Shown here in pieces: positions 51,601-64,000 of a stretch of 64,000 nt of DNA (positions within the stretch are counted from its first letter, which is position 1; each line of letters begins with the position of its first letter). Location: NCBI RefSeq assembly GCF_036588685.1, contig NC_086379.1, positions 76,694,001 to 76,758,000 on the forward strand. Reading direction: 5' to 3'. Below the pieces are notes generated by a model. The model was not told the DNA's origin. It did not search any database and was given only the letters and a program-made list of their open reading frames with translations. The DNA is from Mytilus trossulus. Its lineage: Eukaryota. A program made the translations under genes and the position numbers.

Positions 51601-54600
51601 AATGGATCTCTGAAATTTTATAAGAAGGTTCAATACCACAAAAGGAAGGTTGGGATTGAATGTTTGGGGATGATGATCCCACTGATTTAGGAATTAGGGG
51701 CCCAAAAGGGCCCAAAACAAGCATTTATTTTAATTTTCAGGATAATAACTTATGTATAAGTCATGTAAGTATTTCAATTGCTTTATAATCGTACCACAAT
51801 GTTTAATTCCACAAGTGAAAGGTTTCGATTCATATTGGGGCCTATGGTGTCAACATTTTAGAAATTAAGAGCTGAAAAGGGGCCAAAAACAAGCATTTTT
51901 GTAGTTTCTGGACAATAACTTGTGTGTAAGTGTATGGGTATCTCTGACATTGTACTGTAACGTTCCATATCATAACAGGAAGGCTGGGATTGAGTTAAGG
52001 GGGTATTGCACCATTTAAGCAGGAATTAGGGGCCATAAAAGAGCCAAAAACAAGCATTTTTCTAGTTTCCAGACAAAAACTTGTGTTTAAGCGTATGGAT
52101 CTCTCTGAAACTGTACTACAAGTTTCCATACTATTAAGGAATGCTGGGATCAAGTGTTGGAGTAATTGCTCTTAAGGAGGCGGGGTTCTAAAAGTTGGGG
52201 GGGGGGGGGGTGTCAAAATTTTGAAGGGTTTTAACTTTTTTTCAAAATTTTATTAAACTTCAAAATTGAAGTTTCAAGAAGAAATCTTTAATTGCACAGT
52301 TTTGTGCAATAGATTTGTAGGATCTTTACATTTGAGTTGTGTCAGAAACCTTTATGTCAAAAATTTGATCACAATCCAAATTCAGACAGTATCTATCAAG
52401 CTTGAATATTGTGTCCAAATTTGCCCCAACTGTTCAGGGTGCATTCAACCTCTGTGGTAGTATCAGATTGCACTCAGTGAAGCAATTTATTTTTCTTTTT
52501 TTCTTTTAAACAGCCTGTTATAAACTACATTTTGGCAAATTATAAGAAAATTCTATGGATTATAATTTAGACTACCTTAAAAAAAAGCAAAAGGTTATTT
52601 TTTTTCAATTTTCCTAATGATAAGATTTAATCTATACCTTTGTGTTTATAATTTTAGTAAAACTACAAAATCTAAATTGTGATAAAATTTCGAATTTGCT
52701 ACTTAAATTAGTGATTTTTTAAAGTGATTTAAAAATCACTTATTTCAGCAATTCCCCTGACTAATAAGGTGAAATAATTCATTAATCACTGACTGATACT
52801 TAATGTATCATTGTCCATACATTTTCAGGGATTGGTCGTGCCATTGCTAAGAAATTGGTAGAATGTGGTGCTGAGACTTACGCTCTTAGTCGAACACAGT
52901 CTGATCTTGACACTTTAAAAAAAGAGGTAAATATTCATACAATAATTTATTTCCTATCTAAGAGAGAGTTGTATTGTTTTAATCTTTTTGTCTGTCACAT
53001 CAGTAAGCTTGAAGTGAAATTTTGTTTAGCTTTAAAGATCTTTAACAAGAAATAATTAGAAATTTGGGAAGTCGATAAGAAATTAGATTACTATAGTCCA
53101 GTGGTTTCACCATTTTTTGGAAGTTAATATGAATATTCATAGTAAAAATATTGGTCATGCTGTTACATGTATTTGTATGTAACAAATAACTGATTAATAT
53201 ATTGCAAAATCAGAGATTTATGATAATGAAGGGGAGGGACTATGGGGTCTCAACACAGTGTTCTGTCCTCAGGCATCTGTGCATTTAGCTTTTTATCATA
53301 ATCTTATCTTACATTCATGACATTCCCCCATAATTTTTTCAAGATAACATTTTTTATGCCCCACCTACAATAGTAGAGGGGCATTATGTTTTCTGGTCTG
53401 TGGCTCTGTTCATTCGTCCGTTTGTTCGTTCGTCCGTTTGTTCGTTGGTCCGCAGGTTAAAGTTTTTGGTCAAGGTAGTTTTTGATGAAGCTGAAGTTCA
53501 ACCAACTTGGAACTTTGTACACTTGTTGCTTATGATATGATCTTTCTAATTTTAAAGCCAAATTAGACTTTTGACCCCAATTTCACGGTCAACTGAACAT
53601 AGAAAATGAAAGTGGGAGTTTCAGGTTAAAGTTTTTGGTCAAAGTAGTTTTTGATGAAGCTGAAGTCCAATCAACTTGAAACTTAGTACACTTGATGCTT
53701 ATGATATGACCTTATTAATTTTAAAGCTAAATTAGACTTTTGATCCAATTTCACGGCCTATGGAACATGGAAAATGATAGTGACAGTGGGGCATCCATGT
53801 ACTTTGGACACATTCTTGTTTATATATATAACCTTAAAGGGCTTTTAACTCATTTTATAATACTTTCCTATTTCCTATTATCTTATTTGCTAAGAATAAC
53901 AATATTTAAGTCATAAATATAAAAAAAAAAAGGTTGTTGCATTATAAAAATTAAAGGTAAAGGTAAATTTACCTGGATTGAAAAGTGAGAGTAGTACTAA
54001 AATGAAATTATAAATGTTAACAATGACAATTAGGCAAAAATTAATAAAGTTCTCAAATTATATAGGGGATGAAAACAGCACAGCAAGTCTTTAAAATCCT
54101 TTCATACAAGAAGTACAAATATATTAAAGATATAAAAGGAATTTTTACAACCTTCTGAAAGCACATGTAGTAAAATTAAGCAATATTTGAAGACCTGTTA
54201 TTTTTGAGTGTATCTGGGTAAAAAATTATATCATTGTAGTGCACCAAGGATCCTCGAGTTACACTGATAAAATATATATTCTTTAGCTATATTATGATCT
54301 ATGATCATGTATATTGAAATTACATGTGCTAATTTCTGTACAAATTATCTCCCCTTTTATTGCCAGAACTGAGTTCTTTTTTTTTGTAGGTTCATTGATG
54401 TGTTAAACTGTAGATCCTTTATAAGCACATTTTGTTATGATTTTAAAAATGTGTGCACAGTATATGCTTTCATGCGTCAATAAAACTGCAAAAAATAATC
54501 ATTGATTTCTTAAAAATTTATAAAATAAAAAATAGTTATCTAAAACTAACTCCAAGAACAATTCAAAACGGAAAAACCTTCATAAAATGTCAAAATCAAA

Positions 54601-57600
54601 AGCTTAAACACACCTAAGTATAGAAAACAACTGTCATATTCATGACTTAGGAACAGGCATTTCCTTCTGTAGAAAATTGCCGTTTAAACCTGCCTTTATA
54701 GCTAGCTTAACCTCTCACTAGGATAACAGTCTCATTGAATTCAATTAAATTGACAACACTGTGTCAGAAAAACAAGAAAACATTATAGGTTAAAAGTTAA
54801 AACATAAAAAATTGGGAAATTACAGATTTCAAAGCATGTGTGCAAGTTTAATTGTTTAATCTTACGAATAATTCAATTCATAAAACATAATTGACCAATC
54901 AGAATGTTAGAATTTGTAATATCATGAGTATTATACTCTTCCAATCTACAAAAATCATCTTCAATAACCATTGGCGGATCCAGGGGGGAAGGTTCCGGGG
55001 ATCGGAACTCCCCTTTTTTTGACCGATCAATGTATTTGAATGGGGACATATAGCTGGAACCCTCCTTTATCCTGGGTTGGGAACCCCTCCTTTTTAAAAT
55101 GTCTGGATCCGCCCCTGTTAACAGTTATATGTGTATCTTTTACAGGTACCCTCAATCAATGTTGTCCAAATTGACCTTCAAGAATGGGATAAAACAAGGG
55201 AGACAATTGCCAAAATAGGACCAGTTGATTTACTCATCAATAATGCTGGTGTAGCAAAGTTGGCGAAGTTTACAGAAATGAAAAAAGAAGATCTGGATTA
55301 GTGAGCCTCAGCATTATGATTTTTTTTACTGTATGGTCTGTTTGCCACTTTGAAAAAAAAGCAGATTTTGAAATAAAAAAAGGGGAAAAAATACAATGGG
55401 GCAAACAATTTACCAGGTATTGAAAAAAGACATAAATCAGCATTGATAATAGAAAAAAATGACAACATTGAAACAATAGTCCACAAAGCACTGAAATAGA
55501 ATGTAAGACAAGACAACATGTACTCCATCAAAATCTCATGTGCATACTGTTAGAATGTTGAGCATTTCCTGCCCACCAGTGGCAGCCATGTGTTTCCCAA
55601 TGACATAACAATTCTCATGAAAATGTAGTGAAAAGTTGATAGCAGTTTGCTGGTATTTAGGAAGAAACATGTATTTTGTTCATATTTCATACATTTGTAC
55701 ATACTTATACTTAAAGAACAGTTATATTTAATTATTTGATCATATTTTACAGTGTGATGGATGTGAATTTCAATGCTGTTTTCAATGTATCACAGGTGAG
55801 TGTTTTTGAATTTTTTAAGGACTTTTTGTATGAATAAACTCCTGCTTATCTGATCAAAACTTTTTAGCTCACCTGCAACCCACCCCTCCCCCTTTGAGCA
55901 CTGTTATGATGGAGTATAACAACTGTTTTATTGGTTTAGAAATAACACTGTCTTTCAGAGATAAAAAAAAAAAAGCTGTAAAGGAAGTAATCATTAAACA
56001 CTGCAGATTGTCATCCTTAAATTTATTTATGACTACATGTTTTCTAAATTATGATTTTGAAAAATAACCTATACGGTTTCAGAAATTGTCTTTCTTATAA
56101 CCAAGGTACCATTCTATTCTGTAGGTAGTAGCCAAAGCAATGGTTGAGAGAGGAGAAGGAGGAAGCATAGTTAACATATCGAGTGCTGCCTCACAAGATG
56201 CGTTGATGGATCATGCTGCTTACTGTCCAAGTAAAGCAGCTGTTGATATGCTTACTAAATGTATGGCCTTGGAACTTGGGCCTCATAAAGTAATCTTTGT
56301 TATAAATGTGTTTTTGAAAATTTTGTTATTACTGGATGTAGTCTGCATTCTGTGCAGTTATTCATTCTTTAATTCCTGATCATGTTTACCGATCTTCTTA
56401 TGGTCAGATTCTCACCTAATTTTCTATGATGTTATTTTTGAAATTGTTGAATGTAACAGTATTTGGTGTCATACTTGTCAAATAGTATCAATAATAAGTT
56501 TACAGATGTGATGTTTTATTTCTAAGAAATGGCTTTTTTAAATTTTAAAATTTTTGTATTTAATGGTAAGCTATCGCATTATTTCAAGTGTACTTTTGTC
56601 TGTTAATTTTCGTTAATGTTTTTTCTTCATCTGTTAAGGCTCAAACATATAATACTTTTTGTCATAACAATTATACTGTCTATCACAAAAGTTTGTGAAT
56701 GTCAAAAATATCCTAAAATATCTTTTATTGATATCAATAGACCACTTTCGAGTTCATCCATCACTGGAAAAAACTCGTCAATTATACGCTCCTTTATCAT
56801 CGTCATTTGTGAGTTTAGGGGCGCCGTCACTTCCTTCCAATGTTGAGCGAGTGGTTGGAAAACTATAATTCTATATTGTACGAATTATTCGGCAAATTGA
56901 ATTCTCAAAATTGACAATCAACACTGCTGTCATTAGGGAAATGTCAGTAAGTACCTACAGAGCAACCATTATTTCTAGTTTATCCTGCACAAAGACGATC
57001 ACTAAGACGCTTGATGAACGTAAATAGTGCAGGGATACAGGCGATCCCCTCTATCTGGTATATGACGTCATAAATGCGTGTATAATTGACGATTTTTTGC
57101 CGGTGACGGATGAACTCAAAAGTGGTCTATTGATTTTGAATCCAAAAACACCAACTGATGTTATATAAACTTTTTCTACTTTCTTTTTAGATCCGAGTTA
57201 ATAGTGTTAATCCAACAGTAACATGGACAGATATGGCAAAAATGAACTGGAGTGACCCTGCAAAAAGTGAACCAATGCGGGCTAGGATACCTTTAGGCAA
57301 ATTCATAGGTAAACATTTAATTCTTTTTGAAGACTGATCAAATTTAAACAATCTGTTTTTAATCTTTTGGAAACTCAGTACACTTGATTCATATCTACTC
57401 CATGACTAGAAAACACTCTTGAAACATATACTTATACATGACTTTAACTTAAGTGTTATGAGCAAACTGGATCCTAGGATTTTTGAAATGATGAATTTGT
57501 CAAAGTGATTGTGGCTTGAAGTTGTAAAAGCATTTTGTATATTTTGCTTATAATGCCCTACCTACAGAAATGTGGTAATTTGATCTTTCAAGATATTTAT

Positions 57601-57861
57601 CTCTGTCCAAACTAAGATATTATTCTAATTAAAATATTCACCCTTCTACTCTAAATAATTAGGTAGTTTTCATGTGACAGTTGCACAACAAATGCACTTA
57701 AATGAAGTTTAAAAAATGATCTTATGTTAATCAGAAGTAAACCTTTCTTTTTTTCAGGGGTTGAAGATGTAGTGAACAGTGTAATTTTCCTTCTAAGTAA
57801 TAAGAGTGCAATGACAACTGGGGAATGTGTTAGAATAGATGGAGGCTTGGGAGTACACTGA
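48636..57861 (+). CDS. DCXR: L-xylulose reductase / dicarbonyl reductase (SDR family), 244 aa, 7 exons
   Basis: Exons 48636-48687, 52829-52926, 55146-55300, 55753-55795, 56125-56289, 57191-57308 and 57758-57861 (735 nt, all GT-AG, in frame). Motifs TGAGKGIG, NNAG, catalytic S and [26 protein letters not shown] and RIPLGKF are characteristic of DCXR. Confidence 0.93.
50421..50487 (+). promoter_or_regulatory. SECIS element (form 2)
   Basis: Helix I TCATAT/ATATGA. Core ATGAT(50432)/TGAT(50474). Helix II GGTATGAT/ATTGTGCC is fully paired and extended by CT/AG. AAA sits 11 nt above the core. Apical mini-stem CCCT/AGGG. Confidence 0.8.
50683..50773 (+). ncRNA. Twister ribozyme, type P5 permutation (best-preserved copy)
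   Basis: P5 GGTTAGAGGT/GCCTCTGGCC (10 bp including GU); P2 GGGG/CCCC; L1 GA-GGG; T|AA at 50726/50727; T2 GC/GT; P3 GCA..TGC; P4 CCTG/CAGG enclosing TCCCAAGT. P1 is non-canonical. Confidence 0.8.
53352..53818 (+). mobile_element. Helentron-like non-autonomous element with an internal repeat of about 169 bp
   Basis: ATGCCCC..GGGGCAT 5' inverted repeat and (TCGT/TCCG)n microsatellite. GGTTAAAGTTTTTGGTCAA occurs at 53455 and 53624. 3' GTGGGGCAT, hairpin and CTTG-TT. An inverted partial relative lies at about 35655-35890. Confidence 0.75.
56739..57128. mobile_element. 390-bp MITE, inverted copy of 29306-29695, in DCXR intron 5
   Basis: Same TIRs and interior. Inserted in the palindromic target ATCAAT/ATTGAT. 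Confidence 0.9.
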
Positions 57862-58502
57862 AATTGAGTACTTGAATAAATGCAAACAGTATTAAAAAGA
57901 TAATTATATTCCAGAGATAAATATTAATTATGACATTGATCGAGTGGTGGAGGAGTAACAGTTAAAGTTACCAATGATTAAGACGGATTTGTCCATCACA
58001 AAGGAAGAATAGGGACAGTTATATACTTTAGTTATAAAGATTGTAATTTGGTGTTTAAAGTTTAATTCTCTTTGATTTTATGTTAATCAATAATTTAATT
58101 GTTAATTTCTCTACACGGTACTTCTTAGTTATTGGAGAGCAAGTCGATAAAGTAATCATGTCTTATCAATTAAATATTTTAAGCAATTTGATCATGTACA
58201 TGTATGTATCTTACAAAAGGAAACAATTGTTGTGCAGGAACATGACAAGAAAAATAATAAAGAATTATATATAAACTTTGATATTCCTCTTTTTTTAGTT
58301 ATGTGCACAAAAATAAATCATGTTTTTAATGTGATATGCAAAATGGCAAATATTCTACTTCTCTGCCAGTGCTGAAAGAAACTCGAAACAAGAAGAAATT
58401 CGGCACTGCCAATCAGCCAATGTATGATACATTGTACTAAAATCACACATTTTGTGTCCTCAGTGCTCTTCAACTTCATTCTTTATTTGGCCTTTTAACT
58501 TT

Positions 58503-59800
58503 TTAGCTCACCTGGCCCGAAGGGCCAAGTGAGCTTTTCCCATCACTTTGCGTCCGTCGTCCGTCGTCTGTCGTCGTCCGTCGTCGTTAACTTTTACAAA
58601 AATCTTCTCCTCTGAAACTACTGGGCCAAATCACCCAAACTTGGCCACAATCATCATTGGGGTATCTAGTTTAAAAAATGTGTGGCGTGACCCGGTCATC
58701 CAACCAAGATGGCCGCCACGCCTAAAAATAGAACATAGGGGTAAAATGCAGTTTTTGGCTTATAACTCAAAAACCAAAGCATTTAAAGGAAATCTGACAT
58801 GGGGTAAAAATGTTTATCAGGTCAAGATCTATCTGCCCTGAAATTTTCAGATGAATCGGTTAACCTGTTGTTGGGTTGCTGCCCCTGAATTGGTAATTTT
58901 GAGGAAATTTTGCTGTTTTTGGTTATTATCTTGAATATTATTATAGATAGAGATAAACTGTAAACAGTAATAATGTTCAGCAAAGTTAGATTTACAAATA
59001 AGTCAACATGACCGAAATGGTCAGTTGACCCCTTTAGGAGTTATTGCCCTTTATAGTCAATTTTTAACCATTTTTCATAAATCTAAGTAATCTTTTACTA
59101 AAATCTTCTCCTCTGAAACTACTGAGCCAAATTAATCCAAACTTGGCCACAATCATCTTTGGGGTATCTAGTTTAAAAATTGTGTGGCGTGACCCAGTCA
59201 ACCAACCAAGATGGCTGCCATGGCTAAACATAGAACATAGGGGTAAAATGCAGTTTTTGGCTTATAACTCAAAAACCAAAGCATTTTGAGGAAATTTGAC
59301 ATGGGATAAAAATGTTTATCAGGTCAATATCTATCTGCCCTGAAATTTTCAGATGAATTGGACAATCGATTGTTGGCTTGCTGCCCTCCAATTGGTAATT
59401 TTTAAAGAAATTTTGCCGTTTTTGGTTATTATCTTGAATACTATTATAGATAGAGATAAACTGTAAACAGCAATAATGTTCAGCAAAGTAAGATCTACAA
59501 ATAAGTCAACATGACCTAAATGGTCAATTGACCCCTTAAGGAGTTATTGCCCTTTATAGTCAATTTTTAACAATTTTCATTAATTCGGTAAATTTATGTA
59601 AATTTTTACCAAATATTTTTCTCTGTTACTAATGGGCAAGGTTCATTATAGATATAATTGTAAGAAGCAAGAACGTTCAGAAAAGTAAGAACTTCCAACA
59701 CATCACCATCACCAAAATACAATTTTGTCATGAATCCATTTGTGTCCTTTAATATGCACATAGACCAAGGTGAGCGACACAGGCTCTTTAGAGCCTCTAG
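58503..59800 (+). mobile_element. Helentron-type element, same family as 40161-41943, with about 2.3 internal 501-bp repeats
   Basis: Same termini. Units start at 58591 and 59092. It splits a retrozyme fragment (58455-58500 and 59801-59830). Confidence 0.85.
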
Positions 59801-60354
59801 TTTGATTCAAGCTTCACTGATGAGTCTTTAATATTTGCAAGTGCTATTCGTTTTCTTAAACATCTTACTGGTACAAAATGTATATTCATTTGATTTCCAT
59901 ACAACAATGTATTGCTCAATTAATGGGAATTACAGGGCGGCCTATGTTGACTTTTGTCTTTACAATGTTATTTTTAAATTTCTGTTTATGGCTTAGGTAT
60001 ATACGTTTTTTTTTTGGTTTGTTTTGTCATTTCATAGACAGATTGGAACTTGTTCGAAATCTTTCCTGAGGCACTGTCCTATCTAACAACACGTAGCGTT
60101 TGTAAGTCTGGTAATTGAAGGGGAGTGCTCATTCTTGTACTTTTTAAATTTTAATAGTGTTTGCCTTGCTGCAGAAATGCCTGGGAAATGAGCAGAAATT
60201 TAATTCAACATAATGAAGGAGTGGTAAATTGTAAATCTTCCCATTTTGATTTAGTAGTTTCCAAGTCTTTTTAATACATTAAGTTGTACAGATGCGTTTT
60301 TTGGTAGATGTTGGAGATGTTTGTGTTGAAATTAAGTTCAAAATCAATACCTAA

Positions 60355-61470
60355 TTACTTATCGTCTTCATCCCCAGTGGGACATAAGGCCACAACAAGC
60401 TGCTTCCACTTTTCTCTGTCCTTAGACATGTACTTGGACTCAGGTGTTATCCATTGCTCCTAATTCGGGTGTAACAGTTCTTTGCTAGATTATTCTAGGT
60501 CTCCCTGGTTTCCTGTTTGTTTTTTTGTGTCCAATATAGAGCTGTTTAAGGTGTGCGGTGTTTTGGCATTTTCAGTACATGTCTAAACCATCTAAATCTT
60601 CGCTCTTTGATTTCTGCTGGTATGCACTTTTTGGCTGATCTTATTTGGCCAGAATATTTTATTGATCTTTCTTAGGCAGCTAGTATGGAATGCATCTACT
60701 TATTAAAGGTCAGTAACTAAAACACGCCAAGTGTTTGAACCATACAGGAGGACAAATTTTACATTTTCACAGTTTGGTTCTTGAACTGTACTGGTTTGAT
60801 TTCCATGTTGTACGAAGTCTTGCAAATGTTGAATGTGCCTTAGCTATTCCCTTTTTTTACATCCTTTCCTGTCCAATTATCTTTATGATGCTTCCAAGGA
60901 AAGTGAAATCTTCAACACTGTCTACTGGCGGATCCTTGATTGTGATTTGTGTTGTATTTCTAGTGTTTATTGACATTATCTTGATCTGGCATTTACGTTG
61001 AGACCAGTTTGTTTTGCCTAGTTGTTAAGTATGTTGGTCTTCTTTTTGAAGTGTTCGCTTGTTGTTGGTAATATGGCAATGTCATTAGCAAACTCGACGT
61101 CCTTTAGCTGATTAAACATGGTCCACTGTACACATAACTTCTTGTCTAATGTTGTATGTCTCTGTATCCAGTCAATAGCAAATAAAAAAAGGATTGGTGG
61201 CAGAATAAATCCCCGACTTATACCAGATTTAACTTCAAATGAGTCTGACATAGAGGTATCAAGGATGACACTGCATCCAAATCTGCTATAGAAGACCTTT
61301 ATTAGCATCAGCATTTTAGATGGAATTCGTTATGATTTAACAATTTCCCCAATTTTTTCTCTATGTATACTGTCAAAAACCTGTTTGAAGTCGATGAAAT
61401 TAATGAAAAGTGGTGTGGGCCATTCTATGCATTGCCTAAAGATGTTTTTGAGAGTGGAAATATGGTCAAT
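60355..61470 (-). mobile_element. Decayed RTE-clade LINE reverse transcriptase fragment
   Basis: Remnants FIDFKQVFDSIHRE, F-VKSG..G-ILPPILF and FANDIA (degenerate YADD), plus RWFRHV, with multiple stops and frameshifts. Confidence 0.8.
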
Positions 61471-63784
61471 CTCTAAGCTTTTCAATCACAATTTTATTAA
61501 TTTTTTTTAGAGGAAGTTTGCAAAATACTAATTAGTAACTAGGGACGGAATGTAATGTTATCCCTCTGCATTTTTCACAGTTGAGTAGATTTGCTTCATG
61601 ATGACAAGGGCAAAATTGTGTATCGTCAGGCCAAGGTCTGTTTCATATGAAATTTTCAGAAAACAGATTATTCGTAGAGGAAATTGACATGAACAATTAA
61701 GGCTACAAATACGTTTTACATTGTAAAAATCGTAAATTTCATTTAAACTTTGATAGTGGATAGTTCTCCCAATAGCAATCATACAACATCTCCTTATTTA
61801 CATGAGGATCTACAAAAATTGTATTTTAATAGTTTACAAATAAACAAGCATGACTGATTGTAATAAAAGTAATATGAATATATCAATGACATTTTTATTA
61901 TTAGGTAAGCAATTCAGGAATCTCGTGAGCCTTCTTTGTTTCTTTTGACCATGGCGTTGTCTGTTTTTCTTTGACTTTGACTTTAAGATATTCATGAAAA
62001 AATAGACGAATGGATATTAGTTTTGGATGATCACTGGTTGATTATTCATTCATACCAAAACTCGTCTTATATACCATCAAAGGCTCATAATTTATTTCAT
62101 CTTCACAAGACACATCGATACAGCTCCAATCAGTTTGCAGGTCAAATAAAACGTGAATTTGAAGAGCATTTACACTTGAGAATTAACAAAGGTTGTGTCA
62201 AATACATATACATTATATACAAGTAAGGAGATGTAATATGACTTCCAATGAGACAACTGTGCACTAAAGTTCAAGTGAAGTGGATGTAAAAAGTAAAATA
62301 GCTAACTCCAAGGAAAATTCAAAACGAAAATTCCCTTAACATATGTCAAAATCAAAAGCTCAAACACATTAAACTAATGGAAAACAACTGTGACAGGGTC
62401 ATATTGATGTAGGCAAATATGACAGACATGAACCAATGACTAAAGTAAAATCACAAAAATACTGAACTCCGAGGACAATTAAAACCGGGAAGTCCCTATT
62501 CAAATGGCAAAATCAAAAGCTCAAACACATCAAAAGACTGGACAATAACTGTCATATTTCTGACTTGGTTCAGGCATTCTCGTAAAAAAGTAGAAAATAG
62601 CGAATTAAACCTAGTTTTAATGCTAGCTTATCCTCTCACTTGTATCCCAGTCGCACTTGTATGAGAACCAATGAACTACAGGATACTGGATTTGGAAATG
62701 GACGTACAGAATGTGGCGGGGTTTGATATTTTTGTAGGCGCCAACCCTCTCCTAACATGGGACTGTGGTGTAACAGTATAACATTCATACAAACTATCAA
62801 ACAGTTGAAAAGTGGTTTACTCATTAGATCGATACAAAGCTTGAAAAAAAACCAATAACCCTACAAAAAACACAGACCGGACGTGATAAGGAGTTTTTAC
62901 AAACAAAAAAAATACACATAATAACGATCCGAGAGTTTTAACACTTACTGACTGACAGTTCAACGACAACTAATAAATAAATCATGTAACTATAATTAAA
63001 TATCCTAGTCATTTCACTGAAGTACCTGTTAACCTTTGTTTCACTTTCTATGTTGATATTCTCGTGATGTTTAAATTCCTTTTGACTGCTGGACATGACT
63101 AATACATGCGTAATCAATTTCTAGGTAAATACGGACTTTCCGTTTTGAAATTTCCTCTTTTTTTGGAATTAAAGGTCAAATGAGTACGGATCAAATGAGG
63201 TCTAATTATTTACTTGCAAGTGAATACTTAATCCCCGATTTTTCTTTTCATGATTTGAAAGTATTGAACCAAATTGGCAGCGATTTATTAATTCATTTTA
63301 AATTAATGATTGAAATAAACAACATCATATTTTATATTTATTTCATATTAGGTAGCTAGTGCCCCTTTAACGAATAAAAGTCTTCTTTGTTTTAACCATG
63401 CGATGTTTTAATAACAGCAGTGAATATATGAAGGTCTCATAGGCACTTTTCTCTGAAAAATATACCTATATACCTTAATTAAATGATATACCGTAGTTTT
63501 TTTACAGAGATAATTAAGTGCTTGTGAACTTCAGTAAGATGTAAGCAAACAACATCTCCCAATATATCTACTAACAACTGTAATTCATCAAAACTAGTCA
63601 ACAGTTGTTTATTTACAATTGGATGGATATATTTCGTATGATGACAATTCTTTGATTGTTTACAATTGGATGGATATTTTTCGTATGATGATACTTCTTT
63701 GATTATTTACATTTTTGGGGAGCAAATTTCATTACCGTTAAAAAGAGAGTTTGAGCACCTTTAGTAAATTTGTAAATTTTGTTT

Positions 63785-64000
63785 ACACCCACTGGGTCAA
63801 TGCCACTGCTGGTGGAGATTTTTTCCCCCGAGGGTATCACCAGCCTAGAAGTCGGCACTTTTGTGCTGACATGAATTATCATCGATATGGTTATATTTGT
63901 GAATTTTGAAATTCTAAGGGTTCCTACCTCAGGCATAGAATACCTTAGCTGTATTTGGCAAAACTTTGAGGAACTTTGGTCCGTACTGCTCTTCAACTTC
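63785..64000 (+). mobile_element. Retrozyme-like repeat body running off the window end
   Basis: Reverse complement of the body at 15980-16140 (CACTGGGTCAATGCCACTGCTGGTGGA...TGCTCTTCAACTT). A hammerhead is expected just beyond 64000. Confidence 0.7.

Noticed and set aside
57859-57861. DCXR as a selenoprotein through its TGA stop and the nearby SECIS
   Set aside because: The SECIS is in intron 1 and would be spliced out. The 244-aa product is already full length for the family.
63607-63710. Tandem duplication of about 47 bp
   Set aside because: Only two copies with no structure; ordinary slippage.

Overview
This is an AT-rich eukaryotic window with spliceosomal introns. The repeat content suggests a bivalve mollusc, probably Mytilus-like (inference). 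Genes reconstructed by hand from splice sites: two tandem 3-exon ENPP (nucleotide pyrophosphatase/phosphodiesterase) paralogues (+); a convergent 3-exon, 133-aa secreted Cys-containing protein (-) that the ORF track does not assemble; a FAM220/SIPAR-domain plus ankyrin-repeat gene (-); and a divergent 7-exon L-xylulose reductase (DCXR, +). There are three highlights. (1) A 59-codon upstream ORF in the leader of the FAM220-ankyrin gene resembles the SMIM10 micropeptide family, which suggests an ancient bicistronic SMIM10/FAM220 unit. (2) More than a dozen dispersed repeats carry a circularly permuted (P5-type) twister ribozyme fold with compensatory pseudoknot changes between families. (3) The best twister copy lies downstream of a Penelope-like (Naiad-type) RT fragment that also carries a canonical SECIS hairpin. 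The rest is retrozyme-type hammerhead repeats, Helentron-like elements with internal tandem arrays, MITEs, LINE relics, a 36-bp minisatellite and a duplicated tRNA-derived unit. Family assignments come from recalled motifs, not database searches.
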